From: Amoebidium appalachense
Lineage: Eukaryota > Protista > Ichthyosporea
Assembly: GCA_963693365.1 (NCBI GenBank)
Contig: CAVNZM010000003.1
Coordinates: forward strand, 3,233,106-3,297,105
Reading direction: 5' to 3'
Length of the DNA stretch: 64,000 nt
Positions within the stretch are counted from its first letter, which is position 1; each line of letters opens with the position of its first letter. A program made the position numbers and the translations under genes. Under the pieces are notes generated by a model. That model searched no databases. It was not told where the DNA came from and saw nothing but the letters and a program-made list of their open reading frames with translations. Positions 13,720-43,200 of the stretch are shown here, piece by piece.

Positions 13720-13963
13720 ATTTGGGCATGCTGGTCATGAACCCCCGCTGCAAATTTCAGACAACTTGAAAATTCAGAGATCTATTGTATCAACCTCAGT
13801 CCGATTGGGTGTGTCCGCAGGATGGCAAGCAGAGATCGAGCATGGGTACGTACACACAAACATGCACTGGTTTCCCCACCCACCCACTTCACCCCTTTTG
13901 GCTACAATTTAATCAATTATGCTGCCTGCCCACCTTTCACCTTAAAGTGAGATTTAGGTATAC

Positions 13964-14018
<55 letters not shown>

Positions 14019-14191
14019 CGCCCCCAAAGAGTTTCTCTCGTCCTCTCCATCCCTCCGGCCCCCCCCCGGGCCCTTATAACAACCCCCCCGAGCTCCCCCC
14101 GTCCCCCCACATGTCCCCCGTGACCCCCTTTTCTCGGCTCCCCCGATCCCCCTTTCCGGTGTGTACACGGCCTCGTGCACCCCTTCTCCAA

Positions 14192-14228
<37 letters not shown>

Positions 14229-14491
14229 ACCCCACTCTCCCCCCCACTAGTTCCCTCCCTCCCCCCCCCTCCTCCCCGCCCCTCCCCCTCCCTCCCCCAG
14301 AACCGGGGTGAAAATGCAGTGTTACAAAAAAAGGTATTTTGACTAAAAAAGTACGTGCAAACCCCTCCCCCCCTCCCCCCAGCACCCCCCATCCCCCTAG
14401 CTCCCCTTCCCCCTCCCCCTCGCCCTAGGAGCTCCCCCTTCCCCTCCCCCTTCACTCCGGATTCCCGTGCAAAGCGACCATTTTGTAAAAG

Positions 14492-14523
<32 letters not shown>

Positions 14524-15006
14524 CAAAATTACATCGACCAATAATTTGCACGCAATCGCACTGACTAGCCAAATATAGAAGTTTTGGCGGGAAGTTTTAG
14601 CCCGGCAAAAAAAGGGTTTTTAATAAAACATCACAAAAATGAAGAATAACTCATGGGCATGCTGGTCATCAACCCCCGCTGCAAATTTCTGAGAAGATGA
14701 ATATTCCGATGATGCTGCTTTTCCAAGTCATACCCTGTCGGATTGTGTGTGTGTAGGATGGCAAGCAGAACTCGGGCATATGGGTACGCACACACAAACA
14801 TACACGTGCGCCCTCACTCCACAGTGACCGGCCCCACCCCGTTTGGCCACTACTTTTGTAGTTGCGTGTCCACCTCTCCCCTCAAACTGGAATTTAATTA
14901 TACTCCCCCCCCCCCCCCCCCCCCCCCTCCCCCTCCCCCCCCCTCTCCTTTCTCTTGAGGTTTCTGTCCGATAGCTCCTCATAGAGTCTTCGCCTCCGGA
15001 TCCCTC

Positions 15007-15050
<44 letters not shown>

Positions 15051-15159
15051 CCAGCCTCCCCCGATCCCCCGATCCCCCTTTCCGGCCTCCCCCCTCCCTC
15101 CGGCTCCCCTTCCCCCTCCACCTCCCCCAAATTCCTCTCGGGCCTCCCACCCCTTCCCC

Positions 15160-15192
<33 letters not shown>

Positions 15193-15416
15193 CCCTCTCC
15201 TTCTCCCCCTCCCACCCCCCCCCTTCCCCTTCCCCCCTTCCCGCCCCCCCTCCCCCTCTTCCCCCCCCCCCCCCCCCCCCCCCCCCCCTGGGCGGCGGGG
15301 TGCAACCTCAATGTTACAAAAAGAAAACAGTCTCTAAAAGGTACGTGCAACCCCCCCCCCCCCCCCCCCCCCCCCCTCCCCCTCCCCCCCAGGGCCCTCC
15401 CCTCCACCTCCACCCC

Positions 15417-15447
<31 letters not shown>

Positions 15448-15925
15448 AAAAGAAAAATCTAGGTGTGTGGCATTTATGATGGTGGTCTCCCCAATGGAAG
15501 TCGACTTCTCTCCGCTTGTAAGCTTCCAATTCTCTTCTCCCCCGCCCCCCCCTCCCCCACCCTGCACACACTTGCGCAAACGAATGGCACACACACACAA
15601 ATACATGATGATATTGATAGGCATACCCGCGATGTCACAGTAGTGTGTGGTACGCAGAGTGACCATGCATAACATTATGGCCAATAGTTACGATCGAAGC
15701 ATACGTGTAGGTTCCAACGTAGAAGACACTTAATCAAGACGGAGGGGAGGTATTTGCATTTACGAATCTCGTTCCGAACATACTCTTATAAATGTGAAAA
15801 AGTAGGAATTTCGCAATGTCAAAAAAACTTGCAAAAACCAATAGATTGTGCGCGATCTTACTAAGTTAGGCAAATATGAAAAATTTTGCGGGAAGTGTTG
15901 GCGCGAAAAAAAAAAGTTTTTATGG
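13720..15925. repeat. Diverged tandem duplication (~0.93-kb and ~1.27-kb units) of a non-coding, TE-like sequence
   Basis: Collinear shared blocks: gggcatgctggtcat.aacccccgctgcaaattt (13724/14655), aggatggcaagcaga, tatactcccc, cccgatccccctttccgg (14142/15068), gttacaaaaa...gtacgtgcaa (14321/15313), aaatat...gcgggaagt (14571/15872). Confidence 0.75.
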
Positions 15926-16668
15926 ATGTTTTTTAAAAAAGTAGGAATACTGGTCTTCCATACTTTATACTCTCAGGTACTTGATATGGGGTGAATGTGT
16001 GTGCGTGCTGTTCAGAAAGTGTGAAAAGTACGGAGATAGATAACGTCTTAACAGGACACTATATTGTAATTCATTGAATCAATGAACGGAGAGGAGGTTA
16101 TTTTGCCAGTAGATTTTTTCAGAGACTAATCAGTGTTACTTGATTGTTAACGTTTCGTTCTTTCCTTCATCTTACCTTTACTAGTACTGTACTAATTTAG
16201 TACTCAACTCCCAAAAAGTTATCAAAGTTTTTATGTAGTTTATGCTTCATGCTGCAGGCTGGTTGCCTCCCACCTCCCCCCCTTTTCCTCCCGTCCCCCC
16301 CACCGTCCCGTTCCCCCCCCCCCCCCCCCCCCCCCCCCCTCGCGCCCACCCTCTCTCTTTAACCAGGCTCCCCCCTTCCCTCCACAGACATGTGCATGAA
16401 GCAGGAAGAAGATGTCTTCAAGTTGGACGTCTATCAGTTCCAGGAAAACCTAAGCTACGTGTTCAGTGCGGCACAGTAGCCGGCCGTACTATTAGTAATT
16501 CGGCCAGTTTGCAGCGCTGCTCACTACTTGCAGCACATTTTGGAACGTTTTATATATTCAGACAATTGCTTGTTTGCGTATTCCCAGGTCATCGGCCTTT
16601 CCAAGCACTGCGTGCATGGGTTTCTATGCCATTGCGTATTACTAGTGTCCCTTCTCTACAATCCCCCC

Positions 16669-16721
<53 letters not shown>

Positions 16722-16902
16722 ACACACATACATAGACACAGCGTCTCCGTACACCGTGACACACACACAGAGCAGAGTCTCCACGATTCTCCTTTTTCGG
16801 AGGCAATCATTGATTATGAATCATGATTCTTTCTTAGTAGTCGCCGACGGAACCTTTCCGCAAGCAACACTTCCCCCCCCCCCCCCCCCCCTCCCCCCCT
16901 CT

Positions 16903-16933
<31 letters not shown>

Positions 16934-17316
16934 CTTTCTGCCTTCGTCTTTTGGGCCTGCGGGGAGACCTGGTGAGAGGATATTTCGAACGCTGCTAGGG
17001 GAGGGGGGGGGGGGGGGAGGGGGGGGGGATTATGAATTTCCCATTCATCAGTGAGAACTATGGAGCTAAATCCTACATTCCCCGGTGTTTTCTCCCCTCT
17101 CACTCCCCTCCTTCCAACCCAAACCTGATTCAACCATGAGCCCACGTGCACCCCTCCACCTCCCAGCCAGGGAACCCACATTCCAGTCAAGACTCAGTGA
17201 GGCGCATGTGCGCTGGCACTGGCACCACGGTGCCCGGGTCCCCTGATACACAAGTGCACATTAATAAAAAAGTGGTCACGTGCCGTGGTGCAAGAGCACA
17301 TGCATACCGACGTACA

Positions 17317-17386
<70 letters not shown>

Positions 17387-17389
17387 CTG

Positions 17390-17425
<36 letters not shown>

Positions 17426-18549
17426 ATACACACACACACAGACGCGCACGGGTGCGTGCGCCTCCAAAGCAGGGTGGCACCTATCCCCGAATGGGTGTGT
17501 GTGCATGCACTCACCGCCACATTCACACTAGGCTATCATCGAATCGTATGTACATATGTAGCACGCACAGCATGGCTTTGAGTGCTCTAGTATTAGGCCA
17601 CCTCGACCGTACAAGTAAGTGCACCGTGTGTCTGGCTGCCATTTGCCTTGCTTTACTAATATCATGCTTGATTAGGGTTGGCTCTTTTTTTCAGCAATTG
17701 TTGGTGGCTCGAGGTGACCAGAAAATTATAACCGAATCCCCCAAGTGCAAGAAACCTGCAGCTATGCCATTGGGCTTCAAAGGGGCTGGTCACTTACTTT
17801 AGCTGCATCTGTGTAATTGGGTTGTAACAACGATTCAATGTGTTGGATTGTGGGACTCATAGCTACAGTAAGAGACTAAGAGATACAATCGGATTCTAAG
17901 AGTTCCAAATTTGACAAATAATTAAACATCCCCCCCCCCCCCCCCCCCCCCCCCCATCATCAAGATGGCAACTACACGTGCAAGCAAATGTGTGTATTTC
18001 ATTTTTTGTGTACATGCGGAGGGTCATATTCTATGTCCGAATGAGGGGGCTCCGAGAGGGGGTTTCGGGGAGGGGGGAGGGGGGTTTCCGGGGGGGAGGG
18101 GGGAGGGGAGGTTTCGGGGGGGGGGGGGGGGGGGGGGATACACATAAACGGGGGGGGGGGGGGGGGATGTTTTGCCATGGGGAAATGGGAGAGGGGGAGG
18201 AGGGGGAGGGGGGAAGGGGGGAGGTGGAAGAGGGGGGGGGGGGGGGGGACTACAGATCCCTTGGGGGGGAACCTGGCCTATAGTGAATTAGAGAGCAGTC
18301 CCGGGAACGAATAATCAAGCTCGCCGGAGAATCAATCAAATTTATCCATTAGTGTAGCAGTCTCGGTGAAACTAGCACGGCAAATGCCAAAAAAAAAAAA
18401 TCGAGCTATAGCATTGCAGGTAGTGACACTCCGCAGGAAACAAACGCGCTTTTTGATAATTATTGCACAGAATAAGATCAGATTCTATAAAAGCCTGAGA
18501 TGGGAATTAATTATTATACTATTGTAATACTATAGTTTTATAAATTCAT

Positions 18550-20971
<2,422 letters not shown>

Positions 20972-21221
20972 AAACTCGTCAAATCCGGGACTCCGGATCC
21001 TACCAAGAGGACATCTACTTTACTAATGCTCATGTGCAAAATCTAAGCACAGCAGTATGCGAAAATCCATGCGCGTGAAAATTTTACGCCCGACAGCGAG
21101 AACGCGCGCGCGCGCACACACACACGCACGACACACACACACACACACAAAAACACACACACACACACACGCACACACACGCACACACACACGCACACAC
21201 ACACACACACGCACACGCACG

Positions 21222-21266
<45 letters not shown>

Positions 21267-21287
21267 CCTTTCGCACACGCACACACG

Positions 21288-21352
<65 letters not shown>

Positions 21353-21905
21353 GCACGCTCATGCCATGATAGATCTGGCCCACAGACACATTACTGACCC
21401 ATACAGCCTCACCACTTCTCAGCGGGTCAGGCTAATATGTACTTCCGACGTTCATATAGCAGCCTAATCATTAGTATGATACTAAAAGTGTACATGCGGT
21501 TAGATTGAATCCTCGGCCGACCAGTGGGTCTCCCCATCCATCCTGGGACCCACTCTCTCAGGAACCACTCCCCCTCCCCCCCCCCCCCCCCCCTCCCCCC
21601 CGGCCTTTTAACCTTCCCCCCCCCCTCCCCCCTCCTTTCTCCCCCCCCCCCCCCTCCCCCCCCCCCCTCCCCCCCCAATCTCAGCCCGAGACTAGGAAAA
21701 ACTAAGGGGAAAGAAGGCAACTGGATAGAAACTTAAAAGAAAAAAAGCGAGCCCCTCAGACCCCCCTCGGACTCCCCCCCCCCCCCCCCCCTCCCCCCCC
21801 CCTTCCCCCCGGGGACCCTTCGCGGGGCCCCTTAATTGGATATCCCCCACCGCTTCCAGCTCTCCCCGGGTACAAACACGTGGCACGAATTCCCATCATT
21901 ATCAG

Positions 21906-22036
<131 letters not shown>

Positions 22037-22596
22037 CACGCACACACGCACACACGCACACACGTACACACGCACCAACATCCATATACCCCCAGCCTCT
22101 CCTAGCTAAACTGCAGAAGAGAAACGGGATGCTGCCTATCGATATCGCACTCAACTTGGAGCCCGATCTTATCAAGGGTAACGCTTGGTCCCGCCGGCGT
22201 AGCATTCGAATTCCCGAGGTTTCGAATATCCCTCAATACTGTCTGAGGATGCCAGCTTCGAAGATATCGTTGGTGTCACACGTGAGGTCTTGGCCCAGCT
22301 GAGAGCCTGCAGCTGAGAAGTACGGTGGTGTGAGTTGGGATTTTCTGTATGGATTTCACTGTTTGAAATGCTAGGTAACTTGAGGGAGCATGCTTCAGGA
22401 GGGTTTGCATACACGTAGTAAATATAGCGGATAGCCAGTTGTGGGTTTTCTGTGTTTAGTGTTCAGCATCAGTTTCTACACTCCAATACAGAGTAACCTT
22501 GACTCAACTCTGCGCACACACCCGCACAGACAGGAAACAATCCCACATGATGATATACATGTCTTTCAGTGAGCCTCCACACATACGCACACAACC

Positions 22597-24013
22597 ATGT
22601 CTACGCACACGGACACACCGTCTACCTTGGAGCCCATGGATCTCCTCAGCGATGAACTCATTCAGCACATATTTTTGTTTCTTTCCTTCCCCGACAGGGT
22701 GAAATGTGCCTCCGTGTGCCGGCGTTTCAACATGCTTGCACGTGCCATGTCCAAGTGCACAGACACAGACACCCACGTCTTCATCACACACCCGTTTTAC
22801 ACCACCCGTTTTGATCGCTTCGAAGCCATTGACCGGGGGTTGGCGGCATGGGGCGAGCACTTGCAACATGTTGTCATCGACGTGAAAAACATGCCCCCGA
22901 GTTGGTTCCGGTCTGCGCTAAAGAAGCTACCCCGAGTACACACCTTGAGATTGTACAATGTCACTTCATCTTTTGTTTCTGATGTTGCAAATTTGCGCAA
23001 TCAGTTAAAGAGTCTGACGCTTGAACCTGTGTACGCTGCCCGAAAGGTGTTCGACCCTTACCCCAGCGAACCATTAGACCTCGGCCTCCTGACTTCATGC
23101 GTGGAATTAACGGAGTTTAGGTACTTGGATGCATACGGAAACTTCCCCAGGCCTCGCAATTTCAAGGATGTTCTCGAGCTGCCGAGTTTACGCAAGGTGT
23201 GGATGCATCGCATACCTACTGTCGCAAACATTAACTTCAGCACCGCCCTGACTGAACTCGGCGTGTGTGATCGGTGCTATGCGCTTTCTCCCCTCCCTCT
23301 TCTCTCCTCATTAAGTGGAAATGTTTCGCGGCTACCGGAAGACATGTCATCTTTCCCGCTGACGAAATTGGTCGGGGGAGGCCAGAGGGGATCTGAACGT
23401 GCTGTTAACGGTAACGAATCTGCGCACGCTCTCGCTGAAGATCAAAAAGGACGTCTCGTTGACCCCACTGTCCCATTGCGTACACTTGGAGCATGTATCG
23501 CTTAGCGTCATCGGCATGTTCACCCTGCGGGAGGTGCAGCGTCACAGTGTTGGTGCGTCTGTTGCTGCCCTTGGGTCGTGCATCAACCTGAAAAGCCTAC
23601 ATCTGTCAGGATTCCGTCGTTTGCACGACCCGGGCATGCTTGGCTATTGCACAAACCTGATTTCCTTGAACATTGAATCGACGCATCATCGCAACATGGA
23701 CTTTTGTGCGCACCTGGTGAACCTGCGCGAGCTGCGATTCGGAGACGCCAAAAACAGCATCTATGATGCGGTATGCCTCCGCAATTGCACCAACCTTACG
23801 TTGGTGGTGTTTAAGGGGGATGCAGCGCCGGAGGATCATTCCTTTTTGGGCACCCTCCCACACTTACGGTATGTGTGGCAGAAGGGTGCCGGTAGCGAAC
23901 CGAAGATTTTGGTGTACACTGCCCAGAGGAGGGACAGTGATCACCAATGGGTGTGTGCAGAGACTCGGCGGGTGGGAAGGAAAACTGTGAATACAGGTAG
24001 TGGATTATTATAA
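22597..24013 (+). CDS. F-box protein with leucine-rich repeats; intronless, one apparent +1 frameshift near 23375
   Basis: F-box MDLLSDELIQHIFLFLSFPDRVKCASVCRRFNMLA. LRR-like units include LPRVHTLRL, LKSLTL, CINLKSLHLSG, CTNLISLNI, LVNLRELRF, CTNLTLV and LPHLRYV. ORFs 22597-23505 and 23399-24013 join by removing one G in gtcgggggag. Confidence 0.85.
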
Positions 24014-24099
24014 TGGGATATTTCCTCAACGCCGGACCGGGACGGAAACAGGTTGGTTTTTGGTTATATTCATCTTTGCTTTTGTTGTTGTAAATTTAT

Positions 24100-24133
<34 letters not shown>

Positions 24134-24239
24134 CGCAACACACACACACACACCTCTTCCCCCTTCAACCACAACAACCACCGCACACACACACACACAC
24201 CCATGCGCACGTGCACTCACACACACACACATGTGCCAG

Positions 24240-24351
<112 letters not shown>

Positions 24352-25063
24352 ACACATACACACGCATACGCGCACGCGCAAACACACGCACACAACACTA
24401 TCCCACCACTTAATCCATGTATTCGGTTCGCGCTGACCATTATATGAATGTAACCCGGCAACCATTGCACTTCATACATACACACGAGACTGTCTGAACT
24501 CCTTGTATTTCTCCATATTTTCCCGCATGCTAAACTATATCACGATGAATGAGGTGGCATGAATTTATTTATATCCCTAATAAAGGTTTCATACTGTGTA
24601 AATGCTTGCACTGTCAAGCTATAAATAACACCAAGGTAGATTCCTAAGCACATGTGTGCTTTTTTATGGCTTCATTTGGTTCATACGTTATAACTTAAAA
24701 ATTAAAAACCTCCACTACCGATTGCCACAGAGTCTCAGTGTACATATAATTATATTACACCTTGTGATGTAACTTAGTAGCAAGGCAACTAACTCCAGTG
24801 CAACGTTTGGATCATGTTTAATACACTGCGCGGGACACAAAGTTATCAGTTGTAGATTTGGCATATGCTACAGCAACCACAGTAGTAAGTCTTGTATTGT
24901 AGTACCGACCATCATATATTCCTACTTTTTTTTTATAGGAATCCTTTGGTTTTCTAACGCTTCGATGAAGAGCTTTTCGAGTGACTTTGTGCATTACAGT
25001 AGAAATTGAGTTAACGTTTTAGCACAAAAGGTGCACACTGTGTTTATCCACTTTAAGGGGCCC

Positions 25064-25130
25064 TTAAAGAGGGTTTCTTTTAGGCCGATTAATTGTCCCC
25101 ATTCCGGCACATCCGGGTCAAGCCATTTGT
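25064..25130 (+). mobile_element. TTAA-flanked transposon end (Kolobok-like), related to element at 42931
   Basis: ttaa|agagggtttcttttaggccgatt...cgggtcaagcc resembles ttaa|agggcttccttttgggccgatt...cgggtcaggcc at 42931. The other end was not located. Confidence 0.45.
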
Positions 25131-26187
25131 TCAGCATATAAATCATGATATGAACTGCAATCTTTTTTCTAACGTTTTGTTATTATTAATCTATTCTGTA
25201 TTTCTTTTTTTTTCCTTTTCCTTTTTCTTTTTTGTTGTATTACCATATTTAGCCAGGAATCGCCCAATCGCACTTATTGTATTTAGCCATCAAAGAACAC
25301 GAAGGGCCTTCCTTCAAATTACAATCAACAATCTATATATGGTTAGCCACCTGCCAAATCAGGCAAGTAATAAAAAATTGGCTGATTTTGATTGGGGAAA
25401 AGAGTCGGCCAGCATATATGCGCAAACATGCACCACACTACATTGCTCAATTGCAAAGCATCCATTTCTCACCAGCAACCAGACATCTTTCCTTTTCAGT
25501 TTTCTGTGTGGGTGCACCAGGCCCCAACCCCCATCTCTGTTCAATGAAACTGTGCAGTGCAGATAACATACGGGAATACTAGTTGCACACCGGGACCTGA
25601 CTCAGTGCAGCAAAACAAAATCATGGACATGTTCTCTCTGTTTCTACTTATTAGCAGTCTATACCTCCACCCCGGCGCGCGCGCACACACAAAAAAGGAA
25701 AAAAAGAAAGAAAGAAAGCAGACTACCCCCTCCCCCTTCAGGTACGCAGAAGTTAACATCCAGGAGCCCCCCCCCCCCCCCCCACACACACACCGGCCCA
25801 CCACAAAAGATTGGGCAGATAAAAAAAGGGAAAGGGAAAAACAAATTATTTCTGGCTAATAAAATACATAATTACACCACTCACGAAACCTAGGCGGATC
25901 TGTGCTATATATATACTGCAATATCTACAACTTGGTGCATAGGCCCCATCACACACACACAGAAACAAAAGATGTCAGCACCCCAACTAATGTGCCACCT
26001 TCCAGCATTTACAGAACTTCCCCCCTCCCCTCCCCCCACCCCCCTCCCTCCCCAACCCCACACCTTCTATATTGGTGTATTTTGCATACTGCCTACCCCT
26101 TGTTCTGTTACGGCCCCATCCCCTTCATATGGTGCGTGTTTGCATTCAACTGTGATGAAAACAAGGAAAAGTGGTTACACTTCTTTT

Positions 26188-26231
<44 letters not shown>

Positions 26232-26443
26232 AAAAAAAAAAAAAACCCCTCACCACCACCACCCATCCACCCACACCTTACACCTAGAACGGGCCCAAAA
26301 CAGACCCTTGGAAAAATCCTCCCTATCACATAATCACTCTCTAAACTCCACGCCTCCATCAAAAACCACCAAAAATGGAACCTCTTCCCCTTTCCCTCTT
26401 TTTTTTTGATTTAAAGGAGCCAATACCCGGGCGCCAATAAAAT

Positions 26444-38375
<11,932 letters not shown>

Positions 38376-40201
38376 CGTGATGGTTGAAGCGCGCGCTTTT
38401 GCGGATCAAAAAACCTTGCTGTGTTTCAATTAAAAGATGCTGTAATGCCACCAAAGATAAGGGCTGTTTGGTGCCTAAGTGTATAAACCAGCAACCTTTT
38501 CACGGTCCGGTCCTGAAGGTGAAAGCACACCACCACATGCAGGTGTTTAACCGGTGTAAGTTAAGGGTGGGTAAGGAGCAAGAACCTACGTAGCTCCCGC
38601 TCTACGCCCTATAAACTGAACCAAGTATCAGTGGCTCTACTGTACTACTCTGAGAAGCCTACGAAACCATGCAGGCAGTCCATGAGCGCAAAGCACAGAC
38701 ACCCTTGCAAATACACGTGCACGTAGTACGGCCTGTCCGTTTTGGCGCGTACGCGTCATGCGTGTGCATGCGATGATATTGTGTCACAGCTGACGGACGG
38801 CTCACGGCTGAATCTGCACTATCACCTTGCGTAAGGTGATGACTGATAAGTCAATCAAAACGAGGCAGATGCCGGCTAAACGAATCATTACGAGGTCTCG
38901 CACAACACGTGCATATGCACGTTGCAGCAACACGTGTTTCAAGTCGCCTGGCGCCGCACACTGCATCATAAGATACAGAGCTATAAGCTTGAAGTGTATA
39001 AAAGACATACAGGAACCCGATACTTCTTGTAATGAGAACCTGGAAAATTTTGCTTCTATGATACCGTGATAATGATTGCACACTGTGTCAGTCGGCATCG
39101 ATATCGAATGATCCGGGCCTGGGGCGCGGCCGCAGCGGCCGGCCGCGGGCCGGAGCCCGCCGGACTCGCATGCATGGCTACATCCGTCGGATAGGCCGGT
39201 GTGGAGCTGCATGACTGTAAAAATGCAAACACACCGTTTTTCTGGGTAAAAAATCAGAGAATGAATAACTATGAATTGCATAAACCTGGGTGCTTTCCTA
39301 TTTTATTTTATATTTAGCTAAATTAGCACTGCCAGGCTCGGCGGCGCAAAGTGACGTTGAATTGGACCAAAATGCCTGCCTTTTTTGGCACGATGCTCGC
39401 TAGACCAATCATATTCTTGAAACAGTGAGCCACTTGCCATAGAAATGGTAAACAGCCAATCATCTGTCTCGTGCGCAAACCACCCTCGTATCCGATTGGT
39501 TCTCATCATTTCTGTGCCTGGAGCAAAACAGAGCAAGTCTCATGTCTGTGTGTCACTATCAAAAGTCTAGTATATTACAACGTGAAGTGGGAAACTTGAG
39601 TAGAGGGAAACATATATATAGTTTTCGGTGTCATATTTAAGGAAAGGAAAGAGTAAAGTTACACTTGAGGTGCTATCCATACACGGTGAGTGCTCTTGAG
39701 TATGGATTTTTCGAGTGCATTGGAATTAAGAAGAAAGGAAGATCCAGGACACTGCCCTGGGTGTCATCATCATGGGAACGTGTGCTTTGGGAGATCCGGG
39801 GAGCAATGTGGTTAAACATTAACACCGGGCATCATAGAATGCACTTGAAAAATACGTGTAACATGCCCATGGCGATAGATAGTTAATCGATATTTAGTGT
39901 ACGAGGAGAAACGTGGGTTGTGAAAGTGGAGACGGATCACGAGTGTGTTCGTAGTCTGACTCCCCAGGTAGATCCAATTTTAAATTCCGATTATGTCGTG
40001 ACTCGCGTTGCTCTTTGACTTTTTGTTTCTAGCATGTGGACGGCACTCCAGCCTTGATATAACCAGTAGAGCTAAAGAATGGGAGGTTCTTCCTTATTGC
40101 ATTACCCATTTGTTTTGAAGCACACATGCATCACTTGAGTTGCACGCACTAACGTGAAGGTCACATCTTGCAGACAATCAAGCAGCAAAGCCATTGCCAA
40201 T

Positions 40202-43200
40202 ATGGAAGACCACACAACAGCACGCCTCCAGCGCCTCAAGGAGGCCGAGGAAGAGGCGGCCAGAGAGGAGGCAGAGAGAAGGGCCGCACGAGAGGCCAGG
40301 CGGAAGGAAAGGGAGGAACGCATGAGAAAGGAGCAGGAAGAGCTAGATAGATCCATCGAACAGGCACGGTTGGAGCGCGAGAGCAGGCGCGCTGGGACTC
40401 CCATCGAGGAGAGATGTCCCACACCACCTGTTACGGATGCAGCACCTGTGCCTGAAACGAGTGTTTCTTCCGAGCCCACGGCGCCACAGGAGGTGCTTCC
40501 CACAGAGGCCGAGACAAGGGCTAATGAGCGCGTGTCTGTGGATGACACCACAGCAAACGAAAACTCGACGGTCGAGATCGAAACCACCCCTGCCACAGTC
40601 ACCTCCGAAGAAACTAGCTCGTGCACTCAGGTAGATGATGGTGTGGAGCAGTTCGCGCAGGAGGATCCCAAGGAGACAAATGAGCCCGTTAGTGCTGTGG
40701 AGGGGGTGGTTGAGGAGGAGGTTGGAAAAACGGAAACACAGGAAGAGGAAGAAACGGAGGAGTCCCTCCAGGCAAAAATAGAAGCCGCTGCCACGTACGA
40801 GGAGCGCGCCGCACTTAGGGCACGGATGCGCGAACTCAAGCGACTTCAAGATGAGCGCAAGAAAGATGCGACAACCAAAACCGGCGCTAGTATTAGCTCT
40901 CAGACAAAATTCATAAGAAAGGCATCTGCTTCCTCGGACGCTCTCAACACAACCTCAACCATGTCACCTCTGCAGAAATCTCCGAGCAAGCAGACCATTT
41001 TCTCGGCCAATGCAACCTCGCCCATGTCCCCTCTGCAGAAATCCCCGAGCAAGCAAGCCGTTTTCCCTATTGCCAAATCCGTCAGCGCCAGCAGTGTGAA
41101 AGCCATGGAAGTTAATAAGAACGAACCCGCCACCGCACCCACACCCACACCCACCAAGCAAGCAGCAGTGGTTCCACCATCATCCGCTTCTAGTAGCACG
41201 CCGTCCACCACAACCCCCCCGGTTGTGGTTCAGGCTGCACCAGAGTCTGCTCCGGCTGAGGGGGCTGAGGAACTGACAGAGGAGCAACTTCAGGCAATGG
41301 TAGGCTGTCTGCTCGCTATGGTCGTGTATGTTTACGATTTACCCTACCGGGGTATGTTTTATAATATGTTTTGATCTACGGCATTGCTTTGGTTCTTTCT
41401 TCGTTTCCCCTGTGCCGCTGAGGGTTTGAGCAAGTTGGGATTTGTTCTGGGTTCCTTGCAGGGGTGGTCTGGGCAGGGGAGGGTGACCGAGAGGTCACCG
41501 GGAGAGGGGGGGGGGGGGGGGGGGGGGCAGGAGGGGTTATTGAGCTTGCTTCGATGAGAGGGGTAAGAGGGCTGGCTTGATGTATGGGTAGGGTCGAAGG
41601 TAGGTGGGGGGGGGGGGGGGGGGGGGGGGGGGTTCTGTCTGGTGTATGTGTGCGCACGCGTGCATCCGTGTGTGTGTGTGTGTTTGTCGGGTGGATGGGG
41701 GGGGGGGGGGGGGGGGGGGGGGGAGGGGGCATGGGACATACCACAAACAGGCACTACAGTCTCTATGGAACTTTAGCAGGACCAATGAACACCGTGCATT
41801 GGCCGTTTCCAGTGTGTCCGGGATGATGGCAGGGAGGAGGTGAGTGTGGACTTAAATGTGGTTCAAACAAGCCGGGGAAAGTAGGGGGGGAGGGGAACGG
41901 GCGCGGGGAGGGGGGGGGGGGGGGGGAGGGACGGAGTTTGAATCTTTGGCGCGTTTGCAGATCGACCAGGCAGAGACCTACGAGGAGAGATCAGAGCTCA
42001 GGGCCCGTCTTCGTGCGCTAAAGGCGGCAACACCATCAACTCCGCAGCAGCAGCAGCCTGCACAGAAACAGGTAAGGAGACTCTGATGATAATACAGAGA
42101 GGGTATCGTGATTTAAATGCTACCAACACCAAATACTTGCATCCGTTCTTAATACCTCTCCCCCCCCCTCCCCCCACCCGCCCCCCCCCCCCCCCCCCCC
42201 CCCAACCCTCTCTCTCTCTCTCTTTCCTGCACATACATGCACACACACGCCCGCATACACACGCGTCCGTGCACACATGCACACACACGCACACCCTCCC
42301 CCCAGTCAAATGTACACTTGCACTCTGTTTTTTTTTTTTGTGTGTATGTGTGTGTGGGTGGTTGGATGGGTGTGGGGGGGGGGGGGGGGGGAGAGGTGGG
42401 GGGGGGGGGGAGGGGGGGGGTTGAGGTGAGGGGGGGCCGGGGGAGGGGGGGGGGAGAGGAGGGGAGAAGGGAGCTAGAGAAGAAGTTTGACAACTAGATA
42501 AAGTGCAAGAGAGCATGGGGGGAAAGAAAGAAGGCCAACCGTTCTGTGTCGTAGGTGGCAAGGGGAGGGTAGGGTGTGTGTGTGTGTGTGTTTGTGTATG
42601 GGAGGAGGGGGTGTGGGGGGAGCGGAGGTGGGGGAAGAGGGAGGGGGGGAGGGGGGAGAAGGGAGGATAAGGGAGCCTGAGAGAAGAATTTAGATGATGA
42701 TATTAAGTGCAAAAACCAATGGGGAAAGAACTGATGCCAACTGTTTTTCCGTTTTAGGCGGCGACTAAGGAACTGAGCAAGTCTGCATCGTCCCCGAGCA
42801 TCGACAAGACAGTGCCTGCAAAGTCGGCCCTGCCAGAGGTATGATAGGCAGCTGGTTTTACCCCCATTATGTTGATGTGTGGTGAGATCAAAACTCCTAA
42901 GTTATCCAATGCAACAAAACATGTTGTGTATTAAAGGGCTTCCTTTTGGGCCGATTCATAAGCCCTCGCGGGTCAGGCCAAAAAAATAATGCTTTTTGGT
43001 GCGCATGATACCAATCACAAGTACAAAGTGTAAACCGCTTTCGGGTCTGACCCGACCCTGATCCCTGAAAGAAGCCCCCTATAAATTGCGTCCCTCGTTT
43101 TTGTTGCTGTGTGGTGTGTTGGCATCCTCAGTTATTTTCAATGTAGCCTTTGGCACGTATGTACTATGGATAGATATTCTTGGTGATGCTTGAAAATTAA

